This document shows, in pieces, positions 56,656 through 64,000 of a DNA stretch of 64,000 nt (positions are counted from its first letter, which is position 1; the number at the start of each line of letters is the position of its first letter). The notes under the pieces are model-generated. The model saw only the letters and a program-made list of their open reading frames with translations. It did no database searches and was not told the origin of the DNA. This DNA is from Escherichia phage UFV-AREG1, in sequence record KX009778; one strand, 5' to 3'. A program made the translations under genes and the position numbers.

Positions 56656-57116
56656 TAGTAAAGGTCCTCAGAGTAAAGTTCTTTTTCACTACCACCACGT
56701 TCAATACGTACTTGTCCAGCGTAAGTTGCAATAATCATTGCTTCTTCGCGTGTCCAATAATTACTGTATTGGTCAATAAACCCTTGGTCATCATCACAAA
56801 CTTGTTGAGTAACTAATTGAGGTTTAACTACATCTAAAACTTCTGCCATATCTTTAGAATAATGACGAGCACCTGGAATAACGAGAGTTCGTCCATCTTT
56901 TAATTTAAAACGGTTGGCTGCACAGACAATTCGTCGTTGATACTTTTGGTTTTCATCCCAATACGCAGTCTGCCAACAGATTTCAGGAACTTCTGCAAGA
57001 ATATCTTCTTCTGTGCATTTATAACCGTGTGCTTTAAATTTTTGAACAAGACTTTCTGGAGTCTCACGAGATAAAGGAACATTCAGCATTTTTAAACGAT
57101 TAATAAATGGGTTCAT
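56655..57116 (-). CDS. Hypothetical protein
   Basis: 153-aa ORF. Confidence 0.5.
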   Translation of the reverse strand: MNPFINRLKMLNVPLSRETPESLVQKFKAHGYKCTEEDILAEVPEICWQTAYWDENQKYQRRIVCAANRFKLKDGRTLVIPGARHYSKDMAEVLDVVKPQLVTQQVCDDDQGFIDQYSNYWTREEAMIIATYAGQVRIERGGSEKELYSEDLY

Positions 57117-57442
57117 TTAAACCATCCTTTAATACGTTGCCACAAAGTTTTCTGTTGAGCTTTGTTAACACCAATTGAACGAATAACCGGTTGAGATTCC
57201 TGGAATTCTTTATAATCAGCAAGGTAAATTTCGTAAGCTGCATCCGTAAATGAACTTATCGCTGCCATAAAATTATTGCGAATACCTACTGGAGCATCTT
57301 TACTTTCACGAATAATCATGTATTTACCAGTCTTAATCTTTACGATAGTTCCAAGATAAGCTCCATGATACCAGATATCCCAACCTTCTTGTGTAGGTTC
57401 TGCACAACGACGAAGTTCATTAACAATTTCTAACTTGTTCAT
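57113..57442 (-). CDS. Hypothetical protein, motA.1-like
   Basis: 109-aa ORF. Confidence 0.5.
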   Translation of the reverse strand: MNKLEIVNELRRCAEPTQEGWDIWYHGAYLGTIVKIKTGKYMIIRESKDAPVGIRNNFMAAISSFTDAAYEIYLADYKEFQESQPVIRSIGVNKAQQKTLWQRIKGWFK

Positions 57443-57452
57443 TATTTATTCC

Positions 57453-58088
57453 TCACAGTTCAGATGCTACAGTGATTACAGCTTCAATGTTTTCTTCCGA
57501 GCGTTTAATGTCAAGATACACATTACCGTTTTTAGCGATTTTACATGACATTCCGATATCAGTAAATTTCTGAATATGATGTTCCATCATTTTGTATCCA
57601 AAAATTCGCATGTTTCCATTGTTGTTAATTTCAAAATTGCGAATTCCATGAGTACGTTTTTCTAAAATGGCAAGATAATTACTACGATAAGTTTCAACCT
57701 TTTTAAGAACAAATCCATTTTCATCTAGCAGTTTTAACATGAGGTCTTTATCTTCTTCCATATCAGAAGTAATCTCACGAGCTTTACGAGTAGCACGTTT
57801 TTTCAGCAGTTCCGGAGCATTTTCCTGTGCATATAAAGTTGCTGCATTTGAAATAATATCCTGAGCTTCACCAGTAATGATTAATCCATCACCAGATTTC
57901 TCCACCAGGCCTTTTTTAATCAATACCCCAATATTACTATTAACTACTGCGTTACCTAAATCTGGATGCACCTCACGAACTTCTGCAGCTGTAATGAAAT
58001 CTTTCTTAGCAATAGTAATTAAAATCGCAGCAGTTTTTTCATTCAGAACATCGTTAGAAGCTTTGATGATGTAAGTTACTTTAGACAT
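57453..58088 (-). CDS. motA: Middle transcription activator MotA
   Basis: 211 aa; T4 MotA sequence. Confidence 0.92.
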   Translation of the reverse strand: MSKVTYIIKASNDVLNEKTAAILITIAKKDFITAAEVREVHPDLGNAVVNSNIGVLIKKGLVEKSGDGLIITGEAQDIISNAATLYAQENAPELLKKRATRKAREITSDMEEDKDLMLKLLDENGFVLKKVETYRSNYLAILEKRTHGIRNFEINNNGNMRIFGYKMMEHHIQKFTDIGMSCKIAKNGNVYLDIKRSEENIEAVITVASEL

Positions 58089-58129
58089 TTTCTAATCTCC
58101 GTAATTCTGTATCAGTAGTTGATAGTTGT

Positions 58130-58159
58130 ATAGTACCACAGTATGCTTTGGTTGTAAAC
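58130..58159 (-). promoter_or_regulatory. Conserved early promoter module upstream of motA
   Basis: GTTTACA-17-TACTAT on minus strand; near-identical to elements at 40875, 61426, 62150. Confidence 0.55.
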
Positions 58160-58180
58160 CGTTTTGTGAAAAAATTTTTG

Positions 58181-58208
58181 AAATAAAAAAGGGGAGCCGA
58201 AGCTCCCC
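58181..58208 (-). terminator. Rho-independent terminator upstream of motA promoter
   Basis: Hairpin ggggagc-cgaa-gctcccc followed by T-run on minus strand. Confidence 0.6.
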
Positions 58209-58210
58209 AA

Positions 58211-58355
58211 AAATTACTGTTCAAACGCGATAACTATCGTGATAACACGCTGAATACCAAAAGCAAGAAGACCTCCTGCTACGGCTGGAACAACACCTAC
58301 CCCCGCTAGTAAAATGCCGCCAGATACTAATGCCGCGCTTGTAATACCTATGAAT
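58211..58355 (-). CDS. Small hydrophobic membrane protein (52.1-like, 48 aa, not in ORF track)
   Basis: Hand-translated ORF MSPFIGITSAALVSGGILLAGVGVVPAV...; start overlaps gene 52 stop. Confidence 0.4.
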
Positions 58356-58359
58356 GGAC

Positions 58360-59688
58360 TCATTTGATTTCCTCTAAATCTTTGGTGTATTCTGTAACTA
58401 CATCAGTAGTTTTCCAATATTCGTTTTCTTCTTTCTTAGCTTTAGCTTCTTCAGCAAGTTTCTTCGCTTCATCGGAAGTCATATGAAAAATATTCATTCC
58501 AACCAGTTTATCAACATAAGAAGAATATATATCAATTTTAGAAAGTTCTTCTGTCAGTTCTTTGCGAGTTTTACCCTGTACAACAATTTCACCTGAAATT
58601 ACTTTCTTAATGAAATGTGCCTTGGCAAAAGCTAAACGAAAAGCTGACTCAGTTTCTTTGATTTTGTTATCAATTCGTTTTTGAACATAAGTTTTACGAA
58701 CTTCAACAAAGTCTTTAATTAAATCAACTACGTTATCGTAAACTTGTAGCTTTCCTTTCTCATTAATAACCGTAATATTCTGAGAACGACGCTCAATCAA
58801 CCCGAAGTCTTTCATAATTTTTGCATGGCGTTCTTCTTCATTATCGCTCAAAGAATATTCTTTACGGAATTTAACTTTAAAGCCAAAACCATGCTCACCA
58901 CAAGCATCATCCCATGTAATGAAGCCTTTATCTTCAAGTGGGTCTAAGATTTTACTCACATAAGTTTCACGATCATACTTATACGGAATCTCAGTGATAT
59001 GCATTTGAGTTCGTGAAGTAAACTTATATGTTCCACGAATTTCATATTGTCCATCAATTTCAACGACTTCACCACGAAATTCTGGGAATTCTACCTTCGG
59101 TTTAGTTACTTTCTTTCCTTGAAGAGCTTGTAGTACAGCTTTCTTGACAGAACAAACACTATGAGGAAGAATGTAAGTTGCATAACCAGTTGCAATACCG
59201 GAAACACCATTAAGAAGAACAGTAGGAATAATAGGCAAATAGAAAGCAGGAGGAATGTGTTCTTTATCTTGATGTACCGGAGCATATTCAGTATCTTTAT
59301 ATACGTTATAGAAATTTTTACTTACACGAGCAAAAATATAACGACTTGCCGCTGCTTTTTGGACGGTACGAGAACCAAAGTTTCCTTGACCATCTAACAG
59401 AGGAAAATTATTATTCCAAGTGTTAGCCATCAAAGCCCCCGCATCTTGTGCAGAGTTTTCACCATGATGATATCCAAGGTCAGCTACACCACCTGCAATA
59501 GAAGCGAGTTTGTGAAACTTATCTTTATTTCCTCGCGCCAAATCAAGAGCTCGAGCAATAACAAATCGTTGAACTGGCTTAAATCCATCAATCATATTTG
59601 GAATAGCACGATTTTCAACCGTGTACATAGCATAAGCCAATGCTTCATTATCAATGATACTTTTTAAATCGCGATTATTCAGTTGCAT
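58360..59688 (-). CDS. 52: DNA topoisomerase II medium subunit gp52
   Basis: 442 aa; GyrA-like breakage-reunion region. Confidence 0.92.
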   Translation of the reverse strand: MQLNNRDLKSIIDNEALAYAMYTVENRAIPNMIDGFKPVQRFVIARALDLARGNKDKFHKLASIAGGVADLGYHHGENSAQDAGALMANTWNNNFPLLDGQGNFGSRTVQKAAASRYIFARVSKNFYNVYKDTEYAPVHQDKEHIPPAFYLPIIPTVLLNGVSGIATGYATYILPHSVCSVKKAVLQALQGKKVTKPKVEFPEFRGEVVEIDGQYEIRGTYKFTSRTQMHITEIPYKYDRETYVSKILDPLEDKGFITWDDACGEHGFGFKVKFRKEYSLSDNEEERHAKIMKDFGLIERRSQNITVINEKGKLQVYDNVVDLIKDFVEVRKTYVQKRIDNKIKETESAFRLAFAKAHFIKKVISGEIVVQGKTRKELTEELSKIDIYSSYVDKLVGMNIFHMTSDEAKKLAEEAKAKKEENEYWKTTDVVTEYTKDLEEIK

Positions 59689-60231
59689 AAATTTACCATA
59701 CTAGTGAATGTAGTGCCATAATAACATCAGAAATGAAAAGCACGACTTGAATTAATCCGAACATTACTCCATAATATAGTGCTACCAATAAAGTAGCAAG
59801 GGCTAATGAATAGCCCAAGATTTTCTTAATCATTTTTATTTAATAGCCAAAACAATGATAAAACTGCTAATACGCCTTGAGCGGTTGCTTGTAAAAATAC
59901 TGAAGTTTCTCCAGTTATTACTGTTCCGATGCATAAAACAGACCAACAGAAAAAGGCTACACCATAAACAAATTTCATATTTTCCTCACTGGCGTCCGAA
60001 GACGCCTTTAGTTTTAAGATTATTACGATAGAACTGCATTACATGTTCGTTATGGAAATTACTCATACACACCACACATTTTGCATAAACGTTCAAAACA
60101 GATAAATCCGCCACCTACACACATCACGACAGCCACATTATCATTAAGAGGTAGACCTAAAGCCGTAAAGATTCCAGTCAATGTGAATAAGGCTAAAACT
60201 AATAGGTAACCCATTACAAATAGAGCTTTCA

Positions 60232-60687
60232 TTAGTATGCCTGCAAAACAAATTTAAAGTTATCAGCCAACATACGGTTCATTTCTTCAAGTGTTTGATA
60301 CTCAGAATGATGATTACGAGTAAACGCCAAAGCTAACTGACCTTTTCCAAATCCCGTCGTAAGAGGTTTCATCTTAGAAGCAGGTAAATAAAATACCGTG
60401 TATGGAACATTGTTATTTGCAATAGTACACGCAAGCTGAGACCGACGCTGACGAATATGACTTAGAACTGCACTGAATCCTTGCTTAGAACGCTGATTAC
60501 CTACATAAAATCGTGCAGATACACACGGACTATCAAATGGACCACCAAATTTGCTTACTAAAAAGTAAAATCCAGGTTTAGATAAAATATCTTTATGCGG
60601 AGTTCCAAAAACCCATTCACCGCCCTTGATTGTACCAATAACAGTAGCACCTGCATTATTCAGATCAGTAACAGTCATGTATTTCAT
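60232..60687 (-). CDS. ndd: Nucleoid disruption protein Ndd
   Basis: 151 aa from MKYMTVTDL. Confidence 0.85.
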   Translation of the reverse strand: MKYMTVTDLNNAGATVIGTIKGGEWVFGTPHKDILSKPGFYFLVSKFGGPFDSPCVSARFYVGNQRSKQGFSAVLSHIRQRRSQLACTIANNNVPYTVFYLPASKMKPLTTGFGKGQLALAFTRNHHSEYQTLEEMNRMLADNFKFVLQAY

Positions 60688-60747
60688 ATTAATTTCCTCT
60701 AAATTATTTTCTACTCCAAGGCCGCATGAATACACACGGCCGATAAA

Positions 60748-60963
60748 TTAATCGTCGCAGTCGACGCTCAATTCCCAGAACTCTTCTACAGTATAAGTTT
60801 CAGTATCATTTTCAATACAGAAACGTTCATTACTGTTATTTGCTAAAGTAGCGTTAACTGTCATTTTCTCGCTAGTGCTCTTAAGAGGTGAAATACGAAT
60901 TAACTGATCACCACTATCTAAGCAAAAAATTTCACCAACTTTTACATCTTTAAAGATTTTCAT
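60748..60963 (-). CDS. Hypothetical protein, ndd.x-like
   Basis: 71-aa ORF. Confidence 0.45.
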   Translation of the reverse strand: MKIFKDVKVGEIFCLDSGDQLIRISPLKSTSEKMTVNATLANNSNERFCIENDTETYTVEEFWELSVDCDD

Positions 60964-61078
60964 AATTCACCTCAAGGAGTATAAAATCCGAATGCAGTTG
61001 TTGACCATCCCATCCAATATGGAAAATTTGCACCAATGTAAAACATAAGAATATAAAACCAAATGTTTAGTAAATTCA

Positions 61079-61297
61079 TCATTTTACACCATTCCAAATT
61101 GTTTCAACCACAGATTTTAAGCCATTTTGGTGAATATCCATTCCGACAACTGCCATCAAATAGATTCCAACTACAACTGAACCTAAGGCAAAAATCAGCA
61201 TGAAAATGAATAAAGCTGGAAAAATATTATCGAAAAACCATTCAATAAATGTAAAAGCACTGCGTTTACGCTTCATATTTTCCTCACATAAATCCAA
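61079..61297 (-). CDS. Small membrane protein
   Basis: 72-aa ORF with two predicted TM segments. Confidence 0.45.
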   Translation of the reverse strand: MDLCEENMKRKRSAFTFIEWFFDNIFPALFIFMLIFALGSVVVGIYLMAVVGMDIHQNGLKSVVETIWNGVK

Positions 61298-61397
61298 AGT
61301 AAGCGTTTAATACATCAATCATTAAAACGATTGGGAATATACTCAAAACTACTAGTATTATAACTACATTCCATATAGCTTTAACAATCTTTTTCAT
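61284..61397 (-). CDS. Small membrane protein (37 aa from internal Met)
   Basis: ORF-track ORF 61284..61493 runs through the promoter; real start likely MKKIVKAIW. Confidence 0.4.
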   Translation of the reverse strand: MKKIVKAIWNVVIILVVLSIFPIVLMIDVLNAYFGFM

Positions 61398-61425
61398 TTT
61401 CTGTTCCTCCGTAGTTGATAGTTGT

Positions 61426-61455
61426 ATAGTACCACAGAGGAACAGTCTTGTAAAC
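61426..61455 (-). promoter_or_regulatory. Conserved early promoter module
   Basis: GTTTACA-17-TACTAT; 9-bp inverted repeat ctgttcctc/gaggaacag flanks the -10. Confidence 0.45.
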
Positions 61456-61639
61456 AACTTTTTAAAAATATTCGTAATAAATGTGAATACCAACTACTAC
61501 CGCTGAAACTTGTGCAACCCACCACGCACAAGCAATAAGTACAGAATTCAAAATTTTCATAATAACCTCATCACAAAAGTAAATGCTAAACAAATCAATG
61601 GAATACTAATTAACCAAACGAAACACCACCATAATGAAC

Positions 61640-61912
61640 TCATAGTTCAATCTCAGCGATTTTCATTTCATTACTATTAATAGCCGCTTTAAGACTATCT
61701 GAAAGAATTACATTCCAGTGGTCATTCATATGACCATTAACTAAACGTGTAATTTCTTCGGGAGTTGAAAAATAAGGCGTATCAGACTCCCAGTGCGATA
61801 ACCCTAAGCGAGTATAAATCATACCTTCATCATCGCTAGAATATTCAACTGACACAAACTCATCAGTTATTTTATGTTTAGCGTAATAAAATTTAAATTT
61901 CATTTTACTCAA
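61640..61912 (-). CDS. Hypothetical protein
   Basis: 90-aa ORF. Confidence 0.5.
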   Translation of the reverse strand: MSKMKFKFYYAKHKITDEFVSVEYSSDDEGMIYTRLGLSHWESDTPYFSTPEEITRLVNGHMNDHWNVILSDSLKAAINSNEMKIAEIEL

Positions 61913-62115
61913 TAATCCGCTAAAAGATCGACGATTGCATCACGAAGACACTTATTCGCAATACGCTTAAGAGCAATTTCAGTTTCTGGAGCATTTTGAA
62001 TAATCATTGAATTCAATTCAGCCTCAGCAAACTGAAGTTCTTTAACTAATTCAGCTTTATATTTTCCTTGCCCTTTCTTAGCTTTTGCTCGTTTTAATTC
62101 AGCTGTAGTAAACAT
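61909..62115 (-). CDS. Hypothetical protein (68 aa from internal Met)
   Basis: ORF-track ORF extends upstream through the promoter; real start likely MFTTAELKRAK. Confidence 0.45.
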   Translation of the reverse strand: MFTTAELKRAKAKKGQGKYKAELVKELQFAEAELNSMIIQNAPETEIALKRIANKCLRDAIVDLLADY

Positions 62116-62149
62116 TTTATTCTCCAAATCCGTATCAGTTGATAGTTGT

Positions 62150-62179
62150 ATAGTACCACAGTCCTTGTGGTATGTAAAC
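62150..62179 (-). promoter_or_regulatory. Conserved early promoter module
   Basis: GTTTACA-17-TACTAT. Confidence 0.45.
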
Positions 62180-62195
62180 CGTTTTGTGAAAATTT

Positions 62196-62753
62196 TTAAA
62201 TGGAAAGATACCATCCGTTGTAGTTGCTTTTTCTTACAACTTTACGAAGGTCTTCTTTATCACCGATGAACTTCGGAGTGTACTGGATGACACCTGGATG
62301 AATTTCTTTAGTGTTGAATATAATTATACAGTCAGCGACCTGATGATTCAGAATGGGCCCTAGATTTATTCCAGAACCGTATGGATACTCTCCGCTGCAT
62401 CCGGTTGTTACCGAAATCCAGCGTGAGTCAGTTTGGTGTGTTTTGACTTCTACACGAAGCCCGCAATATCTTGGATGCGCCAATACATCCCATGCGTATG
62501 TATACGGGTCATTAACATCCTCTTGGCCTTTGTTAACATACCCGCTCAGCCAATCTGCTACAAAAAACTCTGCATACACAGCGATACGGCATCTTTCGAT
62601 GACTTCTGCTTTATCCTGATTAGGATTTTGTTTTAAAGAGTATCTTGCTGTATCAGCAATTTTGACCTTCATTTCACTAGTCAAGTCATTGTTCGATAGG
62701 GTAAATGTCGGAATCTGAAATAGTCTCTGTAAACCCGGATTCGTTTTCTGCAT
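62196..62753 (-). CDS. denB: Endonuclease IV
   Basis: 185 aa; synteny between ndd cluster and rIIB. Confidence 0.8.
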   Translation of the reverse strand: MQKTNPGLQRLFQIPTFTLSNNDLTSEMKVKIADTARYSLKQNPNQDKAEVIERCRIAVYAEFFVADWLSGYVNKGQEDVNDPYTYAWDVLAHPRYCGLRVEVKTHQTDSRWISVTTGCSGEYPYGSGINLGPILNHQVADCIIIFNTKEIHPGVIQYTPKFIGDKEDLRKVVRKSNYNGWYLSI

Positions 62754-62810
62754 TGAACTTTCCTTTTACGTCGGAATCACTGATATTCATACAATAAATC
62801 ATAGTTTCCC

Positions 62811-62834
62811 TTAAAACAAAAGGGCCGAAGCCCT
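62811..62834 (-). terminator. Rho-independent terminator
   Basis: Hairpin agggc-cgaa-gccct followed by T-run on minus strand. Confidence 0.5.
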
Positions 62835-62839
62835 TTACT

Positions 62840-63034
62840 TTATTTGAATTGTGCAATTCTTTTCTCTAAACAATCTGCGTAAGATTTCATTGAGATAAAC
62901 TGCGAAAGCAACAGTTCTTGCTCAACTGCATTAACCGTTGAAAACTTTTCACTTTCTAAAAATTTGCTCAGTGCATTAATTTTGAGCATTAATTGATCGT
63001 ATTCTTCTTTTACTCGTGCTTGATAACCTAACAT
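62840..63034 (-). CDS. Hypothetical protein, denB.1-like
   Basis: 64-aa ORF. Confidence 0.45.
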   Translation of the reverse strand: MLGYQARVKEEYDQLMLKINALSKFLESEKFSTVNAVEQELLLSQFISMKSYADCLEKRIAQFK

Positions 63035-63061
63035 AATTTTCCTTAGTTAAGGGCCGAAGCC

Positions 63062-64000
63062 TTATTTAAATTGTTCAGTAACGTCTTCAACTACTTCGTA
63101 TTGGCAGGTACGCATTTTAGCGTCGTTGTAATCAATCGGAATTGATACTACATCACGTGGATGTACTTTAACTTTTACAACTCGGCTGGTTGAACTACCA
63201 AAGTGACGAATATAAGATTTAGAACACACATGCAGACCACGAGAACAAGTTTGTGTATCATCATCATTCACACGAGTACGCGGCATTTTAACTACTTTAC
63301 CAGGACTGTTATCAAAGGTATTTGAGTGACAGTCAAAGTAATTACTACGAACTACTTTCCAAGCATAGAAGTAACCATCTTCTGTAATTTCAATATCGTT
63401 TGCTACCAAGAAATCAAAGAGTCGAGATACCGCTTTTTGGCTTGGGTTTTCCAACAGATTTTCCAAGAACGGAAAATAAAATTCAAAGTTTTCACCTTTT
63501 TCCATCGAGTCAAGAATACGATCAACCAGACCAGACCGTAATTCGATATTTTGATAGAACAAGCTTCCGCCTTCAATTCGAACATCGCCGGAAATATATT
63601 TTTCAACAGCGCGTCGAACATTAATTTTTTGTGCCGCTTCTTCCAATTTATCCGCAACAAGCAGATTAAGAATTTCCTGGAAGTTTGAATGAGTATTAGG
63701 TGTTGCGTTATAAGTTACACCGTCAACAGTAATTGAAATGAATTTTTTAGATGCATTCCAAATAATATCAGATTTAGCAACTGGAGCAATAACTGCATCG
63801 CTATTAACTTTAACTGTAATGTCACCGCTAATGGTAACTTTGGAGCGCTCAGCTTCTTCAGCATTTTTCAAAACACGACGGATTGTGTCCACCGATACAC
63901 CTTGCCAATCAGCCAATTCCTGCTGGGTATAATTACCGCTTGAATACAGTTTAACAATTTCAGCTTGTTCGTTTTTGGTCAGGCATTTAATATTGTACAT
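63062..64000 (-). CDS. rIIB: rIIB protein (complete; start codon at window edge)
   Basis: 312 aa; N-terminus MYNIKCLTKNEQ. Confidence 0.9.
   Translation of the reverse strand: MYNIKCLTKNEQAEIVKLYSSGNYTQQELADWQGVSVDTIRRVLKNAEEAERSKVTISGDITVKVNSDAVIAPVAKSDIIWNASKKFISITVDGVTYNATPNTHSNFQEILNLLVADKLEEAAQKINVRRAVEKYISGDVRIEGGSLFYQNIELRSGLVDRILDSMEKGENFEFYFPFLENLLENPSQKAVSRLFDFLVANDIEITEDGYFYAWKVVRSNYFDCHSNTFDNSPGKVVKMPRTRVNDDDTQTCSRGLHVCSKSYIRHFGSSTSRVVKVKVHPRDVVSIPIDYNDAKMRTCQYEVVEDVTEQFK

Noticed and set aside
63049-63064. Hairpin at the rIIB stop codon as a terminator
   Set aside because: Only a 5-bp imperfect stem overlapping the stop codon; too weak to call.

Overview
This window is a T4-like (Tevenvirinae) myovirus genome segment, collinear with coliphage T4 from the 3' part of head vertex gene 24 through rIIB. 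Protein identities below are from my recall of T4 proteins and motifs read in the translations; no database search was run, and regulatory-site coordinates are approximate (about +/-2 nt).

Gene content in order: rnlB, hoc, inh, uvsW, uvsY, baseplate genes 25-26-51-27-28-29-48-54, alt, DNA ligase 30 and the 30.x ORFs, rIII, 31, cd, pseT, spanins, alc, rnlA, denA, nrdB, nrdA, td, frd, 32, 59, 33, dsbA, rnh, tail fibre genes 34-35-36-37-38, t, asiA, arn, motA, 52, ndd, denB, rIIB. Early and middle genes lie on the minus strand behind sigma70-like promoters (GTTTACA, 17-bp spacer, TA-rich -10). Late genes carry TATAAATA promoters, and GC hairpin terminators sit at operon ends.

The main departures from the T4 arrangement are:
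- **Split nrdA:** the RNR large-subunit gene is broken into two ORFs (500 aa and 329 aa) by an inserted HNH homing-endonuclease gene, at the active-site region, with duplicated flanking segments of 113 bp and 87 bp. This resembles the MobE-split nrdA described for Aeromonas phage Aeh1 and is the strongest candidate for something new here.
- **Second HNH endonuclease:** a paralogous HNH gene sits immediately after uvsW, translationally coupled to it, and segE is absent.
- **Tandem alt genes:** two full-length Alt-family ADP-ribosyltransferases (697 aa and 685 aa) sit side by side.
- **Extra ORF between frd and td:** a 115-aa ORF of unknown function separates genes that overlap in T4.
- **No introns:** td and nrdB are uninterrupted.
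- **T2-type tail-fibre tip:** gp38 is a glycine-rich adhesin and gp37 ends in an intramolecular chaperone domain.

No tRNA, rRNA or CRISPR array was detected.
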